Shown here piece by piece: positions 28,907 through 39,626 of a stretch of 64,000 bases of DNA (position 1 is its first letter; each line of letters begins with the position of its first letter). The stretch is taken from the IMG/VR virus record IMGVR_UViG_3300005253_000051, positions 1-64,000 of that record; one strand, 5' to 3'. The notes beneath the pieces were generated by a model. The model had not been told where the DNA came from. It did not search any database and saw only the letters and a program-made list of their open reading frames with translations. The stretch is from a virus. The translations under genes and the position numbers were made by a program.

Positions 28907-29118
28907 TCTGAACTGATCTCCTTCCATCGAACAACGACTTCCTCGTCGCCGTCAATTTCCAGGTCCATACCCGACCAATCCCCGCCTCCGGGTACACGCA
29001 CAAAGATCTCCACGCTAGCCGGTAGATCGGTAGCGTAGTGGTCCTTGATGAATTTGATCAGGTCGGCGCGGCCGATTCGAACCGTGTACGTTGATTCTGT
29101 TGTCTTTGTTTTTTCCAT
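28900..29118 (-). CDS. Hypothetical protein
   Basis: V.VPGGGDWSG.DLEID motif. Confidence 0.65.
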   Translation of the reverse strand: MEKTKTTESTYTVRIGRADLIKFIKDHYATDLPASVEIFVRVPGGGDWSGMDLEIDGDEEVVVRWKEISSDE

Positions 29119-29626
29119 GGGCTTACTCGATCAACCATCCTGCTCGCGCCGGGCACCCATCGCCAACGATGATTTCCCAGCCGTATGTAGGCTCGGGCCG
29201 CACCTCGATAACCTCGGTGCGGTAGTAGCGTTCGCCGGAAAAAAGCAGCCCTCGCACATTCGTGGGCTCTTCTTTGACCACTAGCGCCGTTTGGCCGTCG
29301 GCGGGTGAGTAGGTGGACACGATCATCATTTCGTACGTCCCCAGCGGAAAATGGTTTTCATTTTCGTTGTCTCCTCCAGTAGCGCGTGGCGTGATTGCCG
29401 ATGCGCTCCCAGCATTCTTGTGATGGCCCGCGGATGTCTTTGCCGTCGGGTTTCGTCGATGCGATCGCGATCAAGACATCGAGCAACACGCACTCTTCGA
29501 GCATGGTCACCGGCTCGACCCCGAGGCTTCCACAGCGCTGTGACACGTGCTTGATCTGGTTCTCAGGTCCTTGTCGCAGCACGACCGCGAGCGCGACGCC
29601 GACAGCCTTTTCAAGCTCGTGATCGA

Positions 29627-29848
29627 TCACCTTTCGACTCTGTGACGAATATACGCAACCGCATCGAAAGCGATCGTGTATAAGAACTGCACGGGCGAAG
29701 TCGTGAACACGACTTTAATGGTCACCATGTCGGGATACACCTCGATTACTTCTCCTGTAATGACGGGTCCACCAACTAACCCGACGTCGAGTTGCTGTCC
29801 GATCTTGGTTGCGAATACGCGCCTAAACACGATTTTCTTGTTGCTCAC
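29627..29848 (-). CDS. Small Sm/Hfq-like beta-fold protein
   Basis: IGQQLDV.L.GG..ITGEVIEV..D.V.I...YTIAFDAVAYI Sm1/Sm2-like pattern. Confidence 0.55.
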   Translation of the reverse strand: MSNKKIVFRRVFATKIGQQLDVGLVGGPVITGEVIEVYPDMVTIKVVFTTSPVQFLYTIAFDAVAYIRHRVER

Positions 29849-30606
29849 TCGTCTACCTCCGTGAACTCGAAATCTAACTCAAACACGATGGACCCGAAGT
29901 CCTCAGTGAAGTCCTCTTTCGCTTTCTGGATCTGTCGTGGCCCGAGGCTGGCGCCCTCGCCTTCGGCGCTCCAGCCCGTGTCGGTCACGGCGACCGTTCG
30001 AAACTCGCCGTTTTCGTCCTTGGGCCACAGCGCCGCGAACATCAGTTCGCCGTTGGCGTCGCGCGGCCAGCTCTTCGGGAACACCGGCTTGGCATAGAGG
30101 CGTTTCTTCTTCGTTGGTTTGGCTTTTCCGCCCACGGCTCGTCTCCTTCAGGATGCGGCGCATGCGTGGCAAGATGGCCTCGACGCCGTTCTCGATCTCT
30201 TCTGCGGTCCATTTGACGGGTAGATCGTTGATGACGTCCTGTGCGATTTTCCGCGCGGTGCGCGGCGGCCGTGCTTTCATTCCCATGATCAGCTCCCTAG
30301 TAATTTGGGCATCGAGCCCGAGTTGATGGCATATCGGGTCACGTCACTTCCCTCCACGCCAAAATGCGGTGTTTGCCGTGTGGAGTAAATCGGTGCCGAC
30401 AATGAACGACGATTCCCCGGCATTGAGCGCTACGAATTTGATTCTCGACTTTTTTCAAGCGCTTGCGCAGCTTGCGCACGATTTTGGAATCGATGATGCG
30501 GTTCCAGCCCTTGCTTTCGTCGGCGAGCATCGCGGGCGTGATGAATAGCCACTCTCGAACAGTAATTTTTCGACCATCAGGCATCGTAATGCTCATTTTC
30601 TAGCTC

Positions 30607-31191
30607 CTAAGCTGCGTTTTCTACCAGGTAAGCGGCCATCTTGTAATCCCCCACGGCCGCGGCGGCGAGCGCCGCCTTGCGCACCATGTTCCCGAGGCGC
30701 CGGTCCAGGGTGCGCTCCATGTCCTTGACCACCCAGCGGCCGACGATGACGTCGCGCTCGGAGTTGTCGAGACCAATGTTCTCCCAATACGCGTGTACCT
30801 TGTCGAAATTCACATAGCGCTGGAGGTTATAGGGAATCACAATGCGTGCTGAATGCACCGCCATCGTAGGAACAACATTCGCAGCGGAACGAAATGCGTG
30901 GCGCATACGCGGATGAACATGTTCAATGTCATCTAAATTATTGATCGCTAGGCTCATTTCCAGCGGATCGATCCACTGCTTGGACTCCCACAACTCTACG
31001 AATCGGATCACGCTCACGATCTTGCTCTTGTGCTTTCCTCGATACTGCGGCAATGCTGCGCGAACGAGCGCCGCCGCGCAGCCCGCCATCGACCGCGGAC
31101 ACTTCCAGTCGTAGTTAATAGTCATCTTCTTCTTCAGGGCAAAGTTGATCCCCCACCCGTACACCATCATTTTCCATTTGACCTGGCTCAC
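30607..31191 (-). CDS. Divergent Imm5-like paralog 13
   Basis: YDWKCPRSMAGCAAALVRAALPQYRG and GRWVVKDM...RKAALAAAAVGD. Confidence 0.7.
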   Translation of the reverse strand: MSQVKWKMMVYGWGINFALKKKMTINYDWKCPRSMAGCAAALVRAALPQYRGKHKSKIVSVIRFVELWESKQWIDPLEMSLAINNLDDIEHVHPRMRHAFRSAANVVPTMAVHSARIVIPYNLQRYVNFDKVHAYWENIGLDNSERDVIVGRWVVKDMERTLDRRLGNMVRKAALAAAAVGDYKMAAYLVENAA

Positions 31192-31365
31192 AATCGCCTC
31201 AGCTTGAGCAAGCCGGCGCCCGACTTGGTGATGAATCCGTGGCCGGGGTTGTGCAAGACGATCTCTCCGTCGCTGTCGATCCGGTACACGATCCAGTCGC
31301 CGTGATGCTCAGACCGGTACTTGTCCCCGAGGCGTGGGCGTCGGGTGAGCACTTGTGCTAGCCAA

Positions 31366-31599
31366 CTATCCACGAGCGCGATCCAGGTAATCGGTGTAGC
31401 GCTGAAACGCCCGCCAGACCGCATCGCGGTATTTGGTATCGCAGGCATTGCCGACGATTCGTCCGGCGTTGCGCGCGGCGCTCACGCTGTCGTACTCCTG
31501 GGAGTACACGGTCGCCCACCAAAGATCTTGCTCTCGGTTGTAGTACATCGACAGGCGAAGTTTCTTTTCGGCGATCTCTACCATCAATCGTGGGTCCAT
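31366..31599 (-). CDS. Hypothetical protein
   Basis: 77 aa adjacent to upstream stop. Confidence 0.5.
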   Translation of the reverse strand: MDPRLMVEIAEKKLRLSMYYNREQDLWWATVYSQEYDSVSAARNAGRIVGNACDTKYRDAVWRAFQRYTDYLDRARG

Positions 31600-32224
31600 T
31601 TACTCGTTCCTCTGAGCATAAAAGCTCAGTAGTTCATCCTTCACCAATTGGTAGCGAAGCTCATCCACTCCTCTCATAATAAACTTGATAAAATCGAGAA
31701 GACCCCGCAGATCTTGCTTACCATTCGCATTTATATAGGTCTGAAAAGCACTATTAGGATTCCAGTGCTTCAAGAACAAATCAGCAATCATCGCTTCTCG
31801 GGTCGGTACGTCTCCGGGTATGAACTGCTGAATCTGCCGCAGATGTTCTATTTCATACATTTCCCGCTCCTGTGATGAGGCACTCACGCGAGCAAAACAA
31901 CTCGCTCTCGGTGAGACGCCAGCCAGCGGCAAACGCGACGCTCACGGTCTTGTAGACGCCAGAGATGCGGCATGTATCGCACCGCAGTTCTGCAACATGC
32001 TCAGAAAGCCGCAGCCGCGTGATTGTGGTGAAAAGCCTGCGCGGTTCGCTCTTCATGAGCCCGCTGTCTGGCCACCTGCGCATGGTGTTCATGACGCGCG
32101 GCGAGGTTGTCGTATTCACAGGCGTCGCAAAACTCCTGCTCAGTTGGTTCACCACACCGCGCGCAAGGCTGGAATTTGTGCATGACCTTCCCCCTGTCGC
32201 TGTGAGTGTACCGCTCATCATCCC

Positions 32225-32962
32225 TTAGGCGGCGATGCAATCGAGCGTGTCGGCCATCAGCTCCAGGCCGCTAAACATGCCGATCGCCGCGTCGATGGCT
32301 TCGAGGTCAAGATCGGGCTCGCGCTCGGCTTTCTTGGCCGCTTTCAACTCGGCTCGCGCGGCTTTGGCGCAGTCGATCGCGGTTGTGATCGAAAACTTCT
32401 GCATGCCCGCGGCGAGTTTGCCCAGGTTTTTGACCTTGCTCTGATAGAAGCTACCCCACTGCGCCGAAGTGCAGCCTTCTTCAAGCCTGGTTTTCATGTC
32501 GCTCAGCGTCTCGCGGATCGTGCGCGCGATTTCCTGCGCGGCGGCTTCGTTGTCGATTTCCAATTTGACCGGCACGAAGCCGATTCGAACGCGTCGCGCG
32601 CACCAGCTCTGTGCCGCGCGCTGGTTGAATAGATCCGCGACAGCTTGAAGCTCGCGGAAGTCTTCCCGCAGATGAATCAGCTGATTTTCCTCGCAAATCC
32701 AGCCGATCGCGGTGTAGGCGCAGCGTCTGCGCAAGATGCCCGCGGCCTTGCTCCTGAGCGCGTCGGCTTTCTGGCACAATTCCTTGTGATCGGTGCGCTT
32801 GTTGGTCTTCCACTCGCGCTCTTCGCCGTCGCCGTCGTTGATCTCGTGCTCGGATAGTGTCTCGCGGGTGTAGGTCACCCCGCCGCTGGCGGCGCTGATG
32901 TCCATGATCACGTAGCTCGGCTGCACTTTGAAGGTCTCGGTCTCGGTGGTTTGGTTGGTCAT
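32225..32962 (-). CDS. Helical protein, possibly DUF3150-like partner of the MoxR/VWA module
   Basis: 245 aa with high-GC codon usage like the ATPase/VWA genes, shares their promoter motif. Confidence 0.6.
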   Translation of the reverse strand: MTNQTTETETFKVQPSYVIMDISAASGGVTYTRETLSEHEINDGDGEEREWKTNKRTDHKELCQKADALRSKAAGILRRRCAYTAIGWICEENQLIHLREDFRELQAVADLFNQRAAQSWCARRVRIGFVPVKLEIDNEAAAQEIARTIRETLSDMKTRLEEGCTSAQWGSFYQSKVKNLGKLAAGMQKFSITTAIDCAKAARAELKAAKKAEREPDLDLEAIDAAIGMFSGLELMADTLDCIAA

Positions 32963-32967
32963 GTTCT

Positions 32968-32996
32968 TGAGACTGATCAGGGCTGCAATCTATTCA
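32968..32996 (-). promoter_or_regulatory. TGAATA-N17-GTCTCA promoter-like motif
   Basis: 5 nt upstream of ATGACC. Confidence 0.65.
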
Positions 32997-33183
32997 ACCG
33001 GTGGAAGACGAATTCTTGAACACAAGTCTCTGATAGCCTCGTTGATCTCCATGAATATTTCTGTAATGTCTTGATGATATGCTGCTAGATCAGCCGGCCT
33101 TATTTCAGACCACGTAATCCCACCTAAAATACTAATCGCCATTCCTGCCAATTTGGTGTGAGCCTTCTCGGCTTCAACAGCGC

Positions 33184-33285
33184 TCATCTTCGTTGACATT
33201 TTTTAGCTCCATACGTTTTGTCTTGAACTACCAAGCGTGCAAAGGCGATCTGAATCTCGCTGAAATCTACGCCGGCGCGAGCCAT
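33184..33285 (-). pseudogene. Remnant of an Imm5-like gene
   Basis: Reads MARAGVDFSEIQIAFARLVVQD, matching the conserved C-terminal block. Confidence 0.7.
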
Positions 33286-33856
33286 GACTCACCCGTCCGC
33301 TGCAATTGAGCGGGCCCAGTACTGAGCCGCTCTGTCGGTCGCTGCTTGTGCGACGTCGTAAAGTCCCCGGGTACGAGCGTCGCGAGCAAGCGTCTCCCAC
33401 TGTCGCGCGTTGACTCCTAGCGCCATACGCAGGGTGCTCCGGGTCGGACCGTACGTGCAAGTTGAAAACTTGTTGGTCATGCTGGGTAGACGATCCCAGT
33501 CCTGATCTATTCATCGGATTCGACCGTGCCCACGTCGTGATCCCTTCTTTGGGTGGCATGTTCCGCCGTCCCATTCGCATTTACCACCAAGTACGCGAAT
33601 CCAGTTGCCGCACTTAGCGCAGATTTCTGCGCGAGGGTTAGGTGGATAATCGATCATCGCTTCCACGTCTTAATTGGACCACTGCCTGTCATGCCTAGTC
33701 GTACCTCCCACAACATGGGTAACTCGATCTTCTCGAACCATCCGGGGACCGCTTTCTCGGCGGCTTCCTGCGTCCCGTACGCGGCTATAAAGTAGTTCCC
33801 TGTGCCGAAAATGCCGCCAACGCCGCGTCCGTACAGTTTGAATCGCTTTCGAGCCA

Positions 33857-35128
33857 TCAACAGCTCCCAATCTCGATGACCCGGGCGCCCTCCGGCACGC
33901 TAGCCCCGTCATAGCCCACGAGCGCCACGACTTTTTGACGAGCACTCGATGGCCACGGAGGCCACACCAAGCCGCCGTCGGTGAGGTGAATCATCACGTC
34001 GAAGCGACCCGCGGCGGCGACCTTCCGGTAAGCGTCTTCGGCGCACGTGCCGCCGCGCCCTCTGAGCGTCTTTTTGATCTCAGCGGGATGGCACTTCGGT
34101 GAAAGCCAGCCCTCCCACTGAACGCCATGATCGTGGGTCACGAGGTAGACCGAGACCCCCGAAGCCTGCGAGATCTTCATCGTCTCAGCGACGAACTGGG
34201 ACAACTCTTCATCCGAAACCGAGCCCGAAGTGTCGATCACGACTGCGGCGCGCGCCGCTGTCGCGTGCCAGCCCGGAAACTGCGCCCCGCGTGCTCGTGA
34301 GCGACGCCCGCGGCGCGTCCAGGTCTGCGAGTCCCGACCGTGGACCGCGAGCGCAGAAGCCATCCCACGACGCACCACAGCGGCCCAGTTGACGCGAGCT
34401 GGCGGAATGTCGCATATGGTCGCCAGCGCCGCACCCGCGGCGTCGCCGGCTTTGCGCGCCATGGCCTGGGCCTGCGCCGCGATCTTGGACCACTCTTGAT
34501 CGAGTTGCGTTTCGCTTTTGGGCTCTTCGCCGTCCTCAGAACCCTCGGGGGGCATGACACCACAGCCGGCGCCGGGGGTAAGGCCGTCGCCGCTCATGGA
34601 TACCGAAGGCTTGTCCTGTAAATTCTGAACGATCTGATCGTATATCCGCTCAGCGTGCCAAGTTTCCCACCCGGACTCAGGAAAAATTGCGCCTTTGGAA
34701 TAACTCTTGAGCCCCGAGGTCACCAGTGCGTGGTTGATCGCCATGTCCCCGGCGATGTTCCAGACCGAGATCGGCTTTGCGTCAGGATTTGGTTTTCCAT
34801 CTGGAAGAGTAGGAGGATACGGTTTCCCATCGGGACCGACGGGGATAACCATCACGGTCCGATTGCCTTGCCGCGCCGCGTGGCGCATTAAAAGATGCAT
34901 CAGCTCGTGCGCAATCACCCACTTGAACTGGGCATCGCTGAGTTTTTTGCAAAATGGCGTGTGCAAATAGATGATCCCGTCGGCGGTGACGCCCATGGTA
35001 TTGACCTTGAAACCCACCGCGTCCTCACGAAATCGGACCTTAGCTGCGGGAATCGCGAAAAACGGGGAGTACCAACCCAGGGCGATCGATAGGCGCTTGG
35101 CTTTTTCGACGATTTTGCTCATGGTCAT
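33857..35128 (-). CDS. Metallopeptidase plus VWA domain protein (DUF2201-like)
   Basis: HELMH, WNIAGD.AIN, IDTSGS MIDAS, GRGGT, LTDG. Confidence 0.92.
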   Translation of the reverse strand: MTMSKIVEKAKRLSIALGWYSPFFAIPAAKVRFREDAVGFKVNTMGVTADGIIYLHTPFCKKLSDAQFKWVIAHELMHLLMRHAARQGNRTVMVIPVGPDGKPYPPTLPDGKPNPDAKPISVWNIAGDMAINHALVTSGLKSYSKGAIFPESGWETWHAERIYDQIVQNLQDKPSVSMSGDGLTPGAGCGVMPPEGSEDGEEPKSETQLDQEWSKIAAQAQAMARKAGDAAGAALATICDIPPARVNWAAVVRRGMASALAVHGRDSQTWTRRGRRSRARGAQFPGWHATAARAAVVIDTSGSVSDEELSQFVAETMKISQASGVSVYLVTHDHGVQWEGWLSPKCHPAEIKKTLRGRGGTCAEDAYRKVAAAGRFDVMIHLTDGGLVWPPWPSSARQKVVALVGYDGASVPEGARVIEIGSC

Positions 35129-35133
35129 GCCCT

Positions 35134-35162
35134 TGAGACTGATCGAGGCTGCGATCTATTCA
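35134..35162 (-). promoter_or_regulatory. TGAATA-N17-GTCTCA promoter-like motif
   Basis: Close to the 32968 copy in sequence, 5 nt upstream of ATGACC. Confidence 0.65.
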
Positions 35163-35179
35163 TCGTGTTAACCTGAAGC

Positions 35180-35398
35180 ATGGCGCAGAAGAAAATTGTA
35201 GTAGATGGTATGCGGCTATGGTTCAACAAGGACACCTGCACAGTAAACCCTGTCAAACCTACTCAGGGTAAATGGGCGTTGCTATTCAAAAAAGCGGCGG
35301 CGCGCGGTGGAAAATTTGAGTTGAAATTTGCTGGACTAGAAACAATGGGACACGCAGATGTTGTACTTCGATCTACCGAGTGCAAACGACTTCGATGA
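35180..35398 (+). CDS. Small counter-oriented hypothetical protein
   Basis: Lower GC, TGnTAACCT 5 nt before ATG. Confidence 0.5.
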   Translation: MAQKKIVVDGMRLWFNKDTCTVNPVKPTQGKWALLFKKAAARGGKFELKFAGLETMGHADVVLRSTECKRLR

Positions 35399-35921
35399 GC
35401 TGGCGAGCCAGATCTTCATCGCCGGCCACGATTGCCGCGCCTGCGGCCTGGCGCAGCTCTTCGTCTAGATCTCGGCCACAACTGAGATCTCGAACTACCC
35501 AGCGAGCAAAAGCGATCTGAATCTCGCTGGAATCGACACCGGCGTCATCGGCGCCGCGGGCGGCATCGGCGGCGTCGGCAGAAGCATCAGCGGCAGCATC
35601 AGAATCGTAGTTGACGACGTTGGCGGCACCGTAAGCAGCGTAGGCGGCGACGGAAGCAACGGCGGCAGCGGCGATAGTGGCCCAGGCGGAATGAGGGGTC
35701 GGGTAGGGGCCGGCAGGGGCAGCAGAAACAGCGGCTCCAGCTACACGATGAGCATCGGTATCATCTATTTGCTCACCGTTCGCATAACATTCTGCAATCT
35801 CGATCGCAGCTACGAGATTAGATCGTTGATCGCCGTCGTAAAACGGCAGCGCTAGACGCGCACACGCGGCGGCGAACCCAACCGCATTGCACCGGTTGTT
35901 CCAATCTCGTTCGTAGTTCAT
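35373..35921 (-). CDS. Imm5-like paralog 14
   Basis: Conserved flanks. Confidence 0.85.
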   Translation of the reverse strand: MNYERDWNNRCNAVGFAAACARLALPFYDGDQRSNLVAAIEIAECYANGEQIDDTDAHRVAGAAVSAAPAGPYPTPHSAWATIAAAAVASVAAYAAYGAANVVNYDSDAAADASADAADAARGADDAGVDSSEIQIAFARWVVRDLSCGRDLDEELRQAAGAAIVAGDEDLARQLIEVVCTR

Positions 35922-36117
35922 GCAATCTATTCAGCCGTTAATGCACGAACCGGACACCCGTTCTCGTGGTAGCCACTGTGAAGCGTGCAACCACACCATT
36001 GACATCGCGGTCGCCCAAACGCTCTAATCTGTTCTTCACTAAATTCCCTCTGCCATTCATAAAGATGTTCCGACGAACAAAAAAACTGGGGCGGCGTACA
36101 TTCACGACAGTACGAAC

Positions 36118-36684
36118 TCATGTTATTCCTTTGACGAGCTGGCGAGCTAGATCTTCATCACCAGCCACGATTGCTGCGCCCGCGGCTTGACGCAGCTCTT
36201 CGTCAAGATCTTGATCATCGCCGCTGAGATCTCGGACGACCCAGCGCGCGCAGGCCACTTGAATCTCGCTGTTGCAGACGCCAGCACGACCAGCGTGATT
36301 GGCAGCAGCGGCGGCGTAGTGGACGATGCGAGCGGCAGGGGCATAGCGAGCGATGCGAGCGGCAGCGACGTCGGCGGAGACGGCGTAGTAAGCGGGGGTA
36401 GCGTAGACGGCGATGGCGGCGTCTGCGGCGGCGGCGGCACAAGCGGCAACAGCAACGTCGGCGTCGGTGTCGGCATCGTAAACAACATCCTGTGCAGCGT
36501 TGGCGGCTTTGAGCGAGGCGGCGGCAACGCTAAGGGCACCGTTCACACAGCATTCTGCAATCTCGATCGCAACTACGAGATCTGATCGTCGATCACCGCT
36601 GTAAAACGGCAGCGCCAACCGCGCGCATTCCGCAGCAAATCCAACCGCGTTGTGGGGGTTGCCCCATTCCCGTTCGTAGTTCAT
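36118..36684 (-). CDS. Imm5-like paralog 15
   Basis: Conserved flanks. Confidence 0.85.
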   Translation of the reverse strand: MNYEREWGNPHNAVGFAAECARLALPFYSGDRRSDLVVAIEIAECCVNGALSVAAASLKAANAAQDVVYDADTDADVAVAACAAAAADAAIAVYATPAYYAVSADVAAARIARYAPAARIVHYAAAAANHAGRAGVCNSEIQVACARWVVRDLSGDDQDLDEELRQAAGAAIVAGDEDLARQLVKGIT

Positions 36685-37258
36685 TTACGCCTTGGACGAG
36701 CTGGTGAGCCACTGGCGTAAATCTTCATCAAGATGATCTTCGATGGAGCTGTCCGAAGAGAAGTAAGGGACCTCCTTACCGGACGCGATCGCTATGCCAG
36801 CTCGGATCGCGCCAGCGATCGCGACCCGTACGCTGTCGTTGAATACTCGAAAATCCCTTCGATCCTGGAAAGGAATGGGGATCTCCCATCGACATTTTGT
36901 GTCGTTGTAGTAGATCTCCAACTTCATGATTTTGCTCATTGGTGTTTTCCTTCAAAAATCAGCTCATTTATCTTGGATTCAGCTTCCTCTCGCGAAAGAA
37001 ATATCTCTAGGCGGCCGATGGAGATGCCGTACTCGTTCAGTCGAACGACTTGATATTCAGTTCCACCAAACAACCTATGAGTGACGACCATGAAAATAAC
37101 CTGTCGGCCTAACGAGTCGGCGCGCCTCGCTCGGACTCTGAATTCTTGATCAGACTCATCAAACCACCATCGCCTTCGCTTTCGTCGCAGACCGAAGAGG
37201 ACTAACACAAGGTTGTCAAGCCCAGGACCATAGAATAGATCAATCGCGTCGGTCTCCT

Positions 37259-38347
37259 TCACAGACCCATCGCGTTCCCGGCCTTGCCGAGCAAAGTCAC
37301 CATGGCTTTTTTGCCCTTCGCCTGAAAGCGCTTTTTCCCGTGCTGCCGGCGGGACATGAGCGCTTTGGCCGCCGATGCGCCGATTTCATCCCGCAGGCGG
37401 CTCGCGTAGATCCACGCCGCCCAGCAATCCGCATCTGCGACGTTGGCCAAAAGCCCGAGCGCGCCTACCTGGTACATCGCGTTGTCCGGCACCTTGGCGC
37501 CGTCGGGGTTGACCACGATCTCGCTGATCGTGGGTAGGTGGATTCGGTACTCGCGGATCCCCATGTAGCTCGCGGCCCCATGCTCACCCACCGAACCCGA
37601 CAGAATCAGGTGAGCGATTTCATCGCCCACGTTCTCACCTGCTTGCGCCCACGCGCACAGCCCGCGTTCCCAGTCGCGCGGCGATGCCCACTTGGCGCCT
37701 TCGTTGACCGCAGCCGGTGGCGGGTCAAACTGGACCATTTCGGGCGCATGCTCAGCCGTCGCGGCGAAATCCTGTGCCAGCGCCCGTAGCGGGCTGTCAT
37801 CGGCGCCCAGCTTGTACAAATAACTTTGGAACTCAGACAGTGTAGGTTCGAAGGTGTAGACGGAGAACCGGCCCATGAGCGGCGCACAGGGCTCGGTGCC
37901 ACCCGGAGACTGCTCCACGGGGTTGGCGAACGCGATCACACGGGACTCAGGGTGAAGCGTCACATCGCCGAACGTGCGTTCCAGGATGCCGCGGAGTAAA
38001 ACCGCCTGAACCGCCGGGGGCGCGGTGAACAGCTCGTCGAGAATCAGCAAGCATGGTTTTTCGGCCGCTTCGCGGATCACGCGCATCGGAATGCGGTCGA
38101 ACGCACCGCCATCGCCCACGACCGGGAATCCGCCGATGTCCGTCGGATCACACGTGGACCCGATGACCGTGACGGCTTCGAGCTGAAAGCCGAGCGCCGC
38201 GGAAAGCTCAGGGACCAGATCATGGCCGAGTGTGGTTTTGCCCACGCCGGGCGAACCGATCAACAGGACGGCTTTGTTCGCGATGAGGTACGGCATAATG
38301 ACGGGGAGCGCGGTCGAAAAAGTGAGTTTGGGATACGTGGTGGCCAT
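37259..38347 (-). CDS. MoxR-like AAA+ ATPase
   Basis: Walker A GSPGVGKT, Walker B LLILDE, ANP, RF, SPRDWE, start MATTYP. Confidence 0.92.
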   Translation of the reverse strand: MATTYPKLTFSTALPVIMPYLIANKAVLLIGSPGVGKTTLGHDLVPELSAALGFQLEAVTVIGSTCDPTDIGGFPVVGDGGAFDRIPMRVIREAAEKPCLLILDELFTAPPAVQAVLLRGILERTFGDVTLHPESRVIAFANPVEQSPGGTEPCAPLMGRFSVYTFEPTLSEFQSYLYKLGADDSPLRALAQDFAATAEHAPEMVQFDPPPAAVNEGAKWASPRDWERGLCAWAQAGENVGDEIAHLILSGSVGEHGAASYMGIREYRIHLPTISEIVVNPDGAKVPDNAMYQVGALGLLANVADADCWAAWIYASRLRDEIGASAAKALMSRRQHGKKRFQAKGKKAMVTLLGKAGNAMGL

Positions 38348-38384
38348 GGTCTTTGTCCTGGTTTGGGATGCGCTGTGAGATAAC

Positions 38385-38412
38385 TCAGACGGAACCCACC
38401 TGATCAAATTCA
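38385..38412 (-). promoter_or_regulatory. TGAATT-N16-GTCTGA promoter-like motif
   Basis: Fifth copy, upstream of ATPase and just after a terminator. Confidence 0.6.
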
Positions 38413-38414
38413 TG

Positions 38415-38454
38415 AAAAACAGAAAAAGCCCGAAACCACTAAGGGTTCCGGGCT
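38415..38454 (-). terminator. Rho-independent terminator ending the putative structural operon
   Basis: AGCCCGGAACC/GGTTTCGGGCT hairpin followed by TTTTCTGTTTTT. Confidence 0.75.
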
Positions 38455-38474
38455 GATCCAGGCTAGAAATCGAA

Positions 38475-39185
38475 CTACACGAACTCCGCAGAAATCTCCG
38501 TGTCGGTATTGCCTCCACCGATGGCGCCCGCTTTCACTCCGATAAAGTCGATGAGATCCCCCATAGAAACAGGCACAGTGGAAACTAGATTACTTGCGCT
38601 TCCGATAGCTCCAGTAAGCAAAGTCACCGAAGCAGCATCGATCCCGTTCACACGGAGACGGTAGTCAATGGGGCTGCCGTTCCCACCGGCCGCATTGTGT
38701 CTAGCAAAAAACTTCTGGAACACGCCAGGACGAGGCGCATTGAACGTGAAATCACGTGATGAAGACGCATTTCCTTGTCCTCGACCGGGCGTGAGAAAAA
38801 CTGTTCCGGGACCCGCTGTCAGGAAATCGTTTCCCCATAAGGCAAGAGCGCTGGTACCCCCACCAGGCCCCGCGCCTCCAGCTTGGTTGAGGATGAATGG
38901 CCGAACGGAAAGCCCGTCTGGCTGAAAAGCCCCGTTAGCGCCGAACGCCCGTAAAATGGTGTGCAGATGAGCAACCCATACATCGACATTTGGACCTGGA
39001 GATGTCGCAGTGCGGACTACCGTAACGGTTGTTCCGTTCGCTGTAACGACAAACGGCCCGAGTGCCGGGGCGACGAAATCGGGGATGAGGGGGAACCCGT
39101 CCTGATTCAGATCATGGTCGAGTATTTGGGGGACGCCGACTACCAAACCGGTAAACATCAGCGTCCGATAAAGTCGATTCGCCAT
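38475..39185 (-). CDS. Putative virion spike protein with shared N-terminal domain
   Basis: FTGLVVGVP...PD.VAP...VDVW...HT..R.FG...QPDG..PFILNQ shared with 42336-44611 genes, beta-rich C-terminus. Confidence 0.7.
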   Translation of the reverse strand: MANRLYRTLMFTGLVVGVPQILDHDLNQDGFPLIPDFVAPALGPFVVTANGTTVTVVRTATSPGPNVDVWVAHLHTILRAFGANGAFQPDGLSVRPFILNQAGGAGPGGGTSALALWGNDFLTAGPGTVFLTPGRGQGNASSSRDFTFNAPRPGVFQKFFARHNAAGGNGSPIDYRLRVNGIDAASVTLLTGAIGSASNLVSTVPVSMGDLIDFIGVKAGAIGGGNTDTEISAEFV

Positions 39186-39194
39186 CCCCCTGCC

Positions 39195-39377
39195 TTACCG
39201 AGAGTACTTAGCACAGCGATGCCGGCCGCCGCTGATCAACTTGAGGCGGATGCACCGGCGTTTAGTGACCTTTCGGTGCTTTGGAGCCATCCCGGGCCCG
39301 CGATACTTCGCACACCGCTTCCCGGCATCAGTCATCTTGTAACGGATACACGTCCTGAATTCACCACGAAGTGCCAT
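39195..39377 (-). CDS. Small basic Cys/Arg repeat peptide (2 units)
   Basis: CIRYKMTDAGKRCAKY and CIRLKLISGGRHRCAKY. Confidence 0.8.
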   Translation of the reverse strand: MALRGEFRTCIRYKMTDAGKRCAKYRGPGMAPKHRKVTKRRCIRLKLISGGRHRCAKYSR

Positions 39378-39389
39378 GGTTCTAGCCTA

Positions 39390-39626
39390 TCACACCAGTG
39401 TTGGCGGCTGAAATTTCCCTGTTTTCGCCCATGCAAAGACCGCGGCACCTACCACGATCGCCGCAAACGAAACCGTGATGATGGTTGTCGTACGCTGTAA
39501 TCGAAAGATTTTCTTCGTTAATTCAGCATGTTGCTTTGCAATCTCTTGCTCTTTTTCTTGCAAGCGAAGCAGGTTAGCCCGGAACTCTTCTTCAGTCTGT
39601 CCGAATGAAACATGACTTACCAACAT
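39390..39626 (-). CDS. Coiled-coil protein with C-terminal TM
   Basis: 78 aa, hydrophobic terminal helix. Confidence 0.6.
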   Translation of the reverse strand: MLVSHVSFGQTEEEFRANLLRLQEKEQEIAKQHAELTKKIFRLQRTTTIITVSFAAIVVGAAVFAWAKTGKFQPPTLV

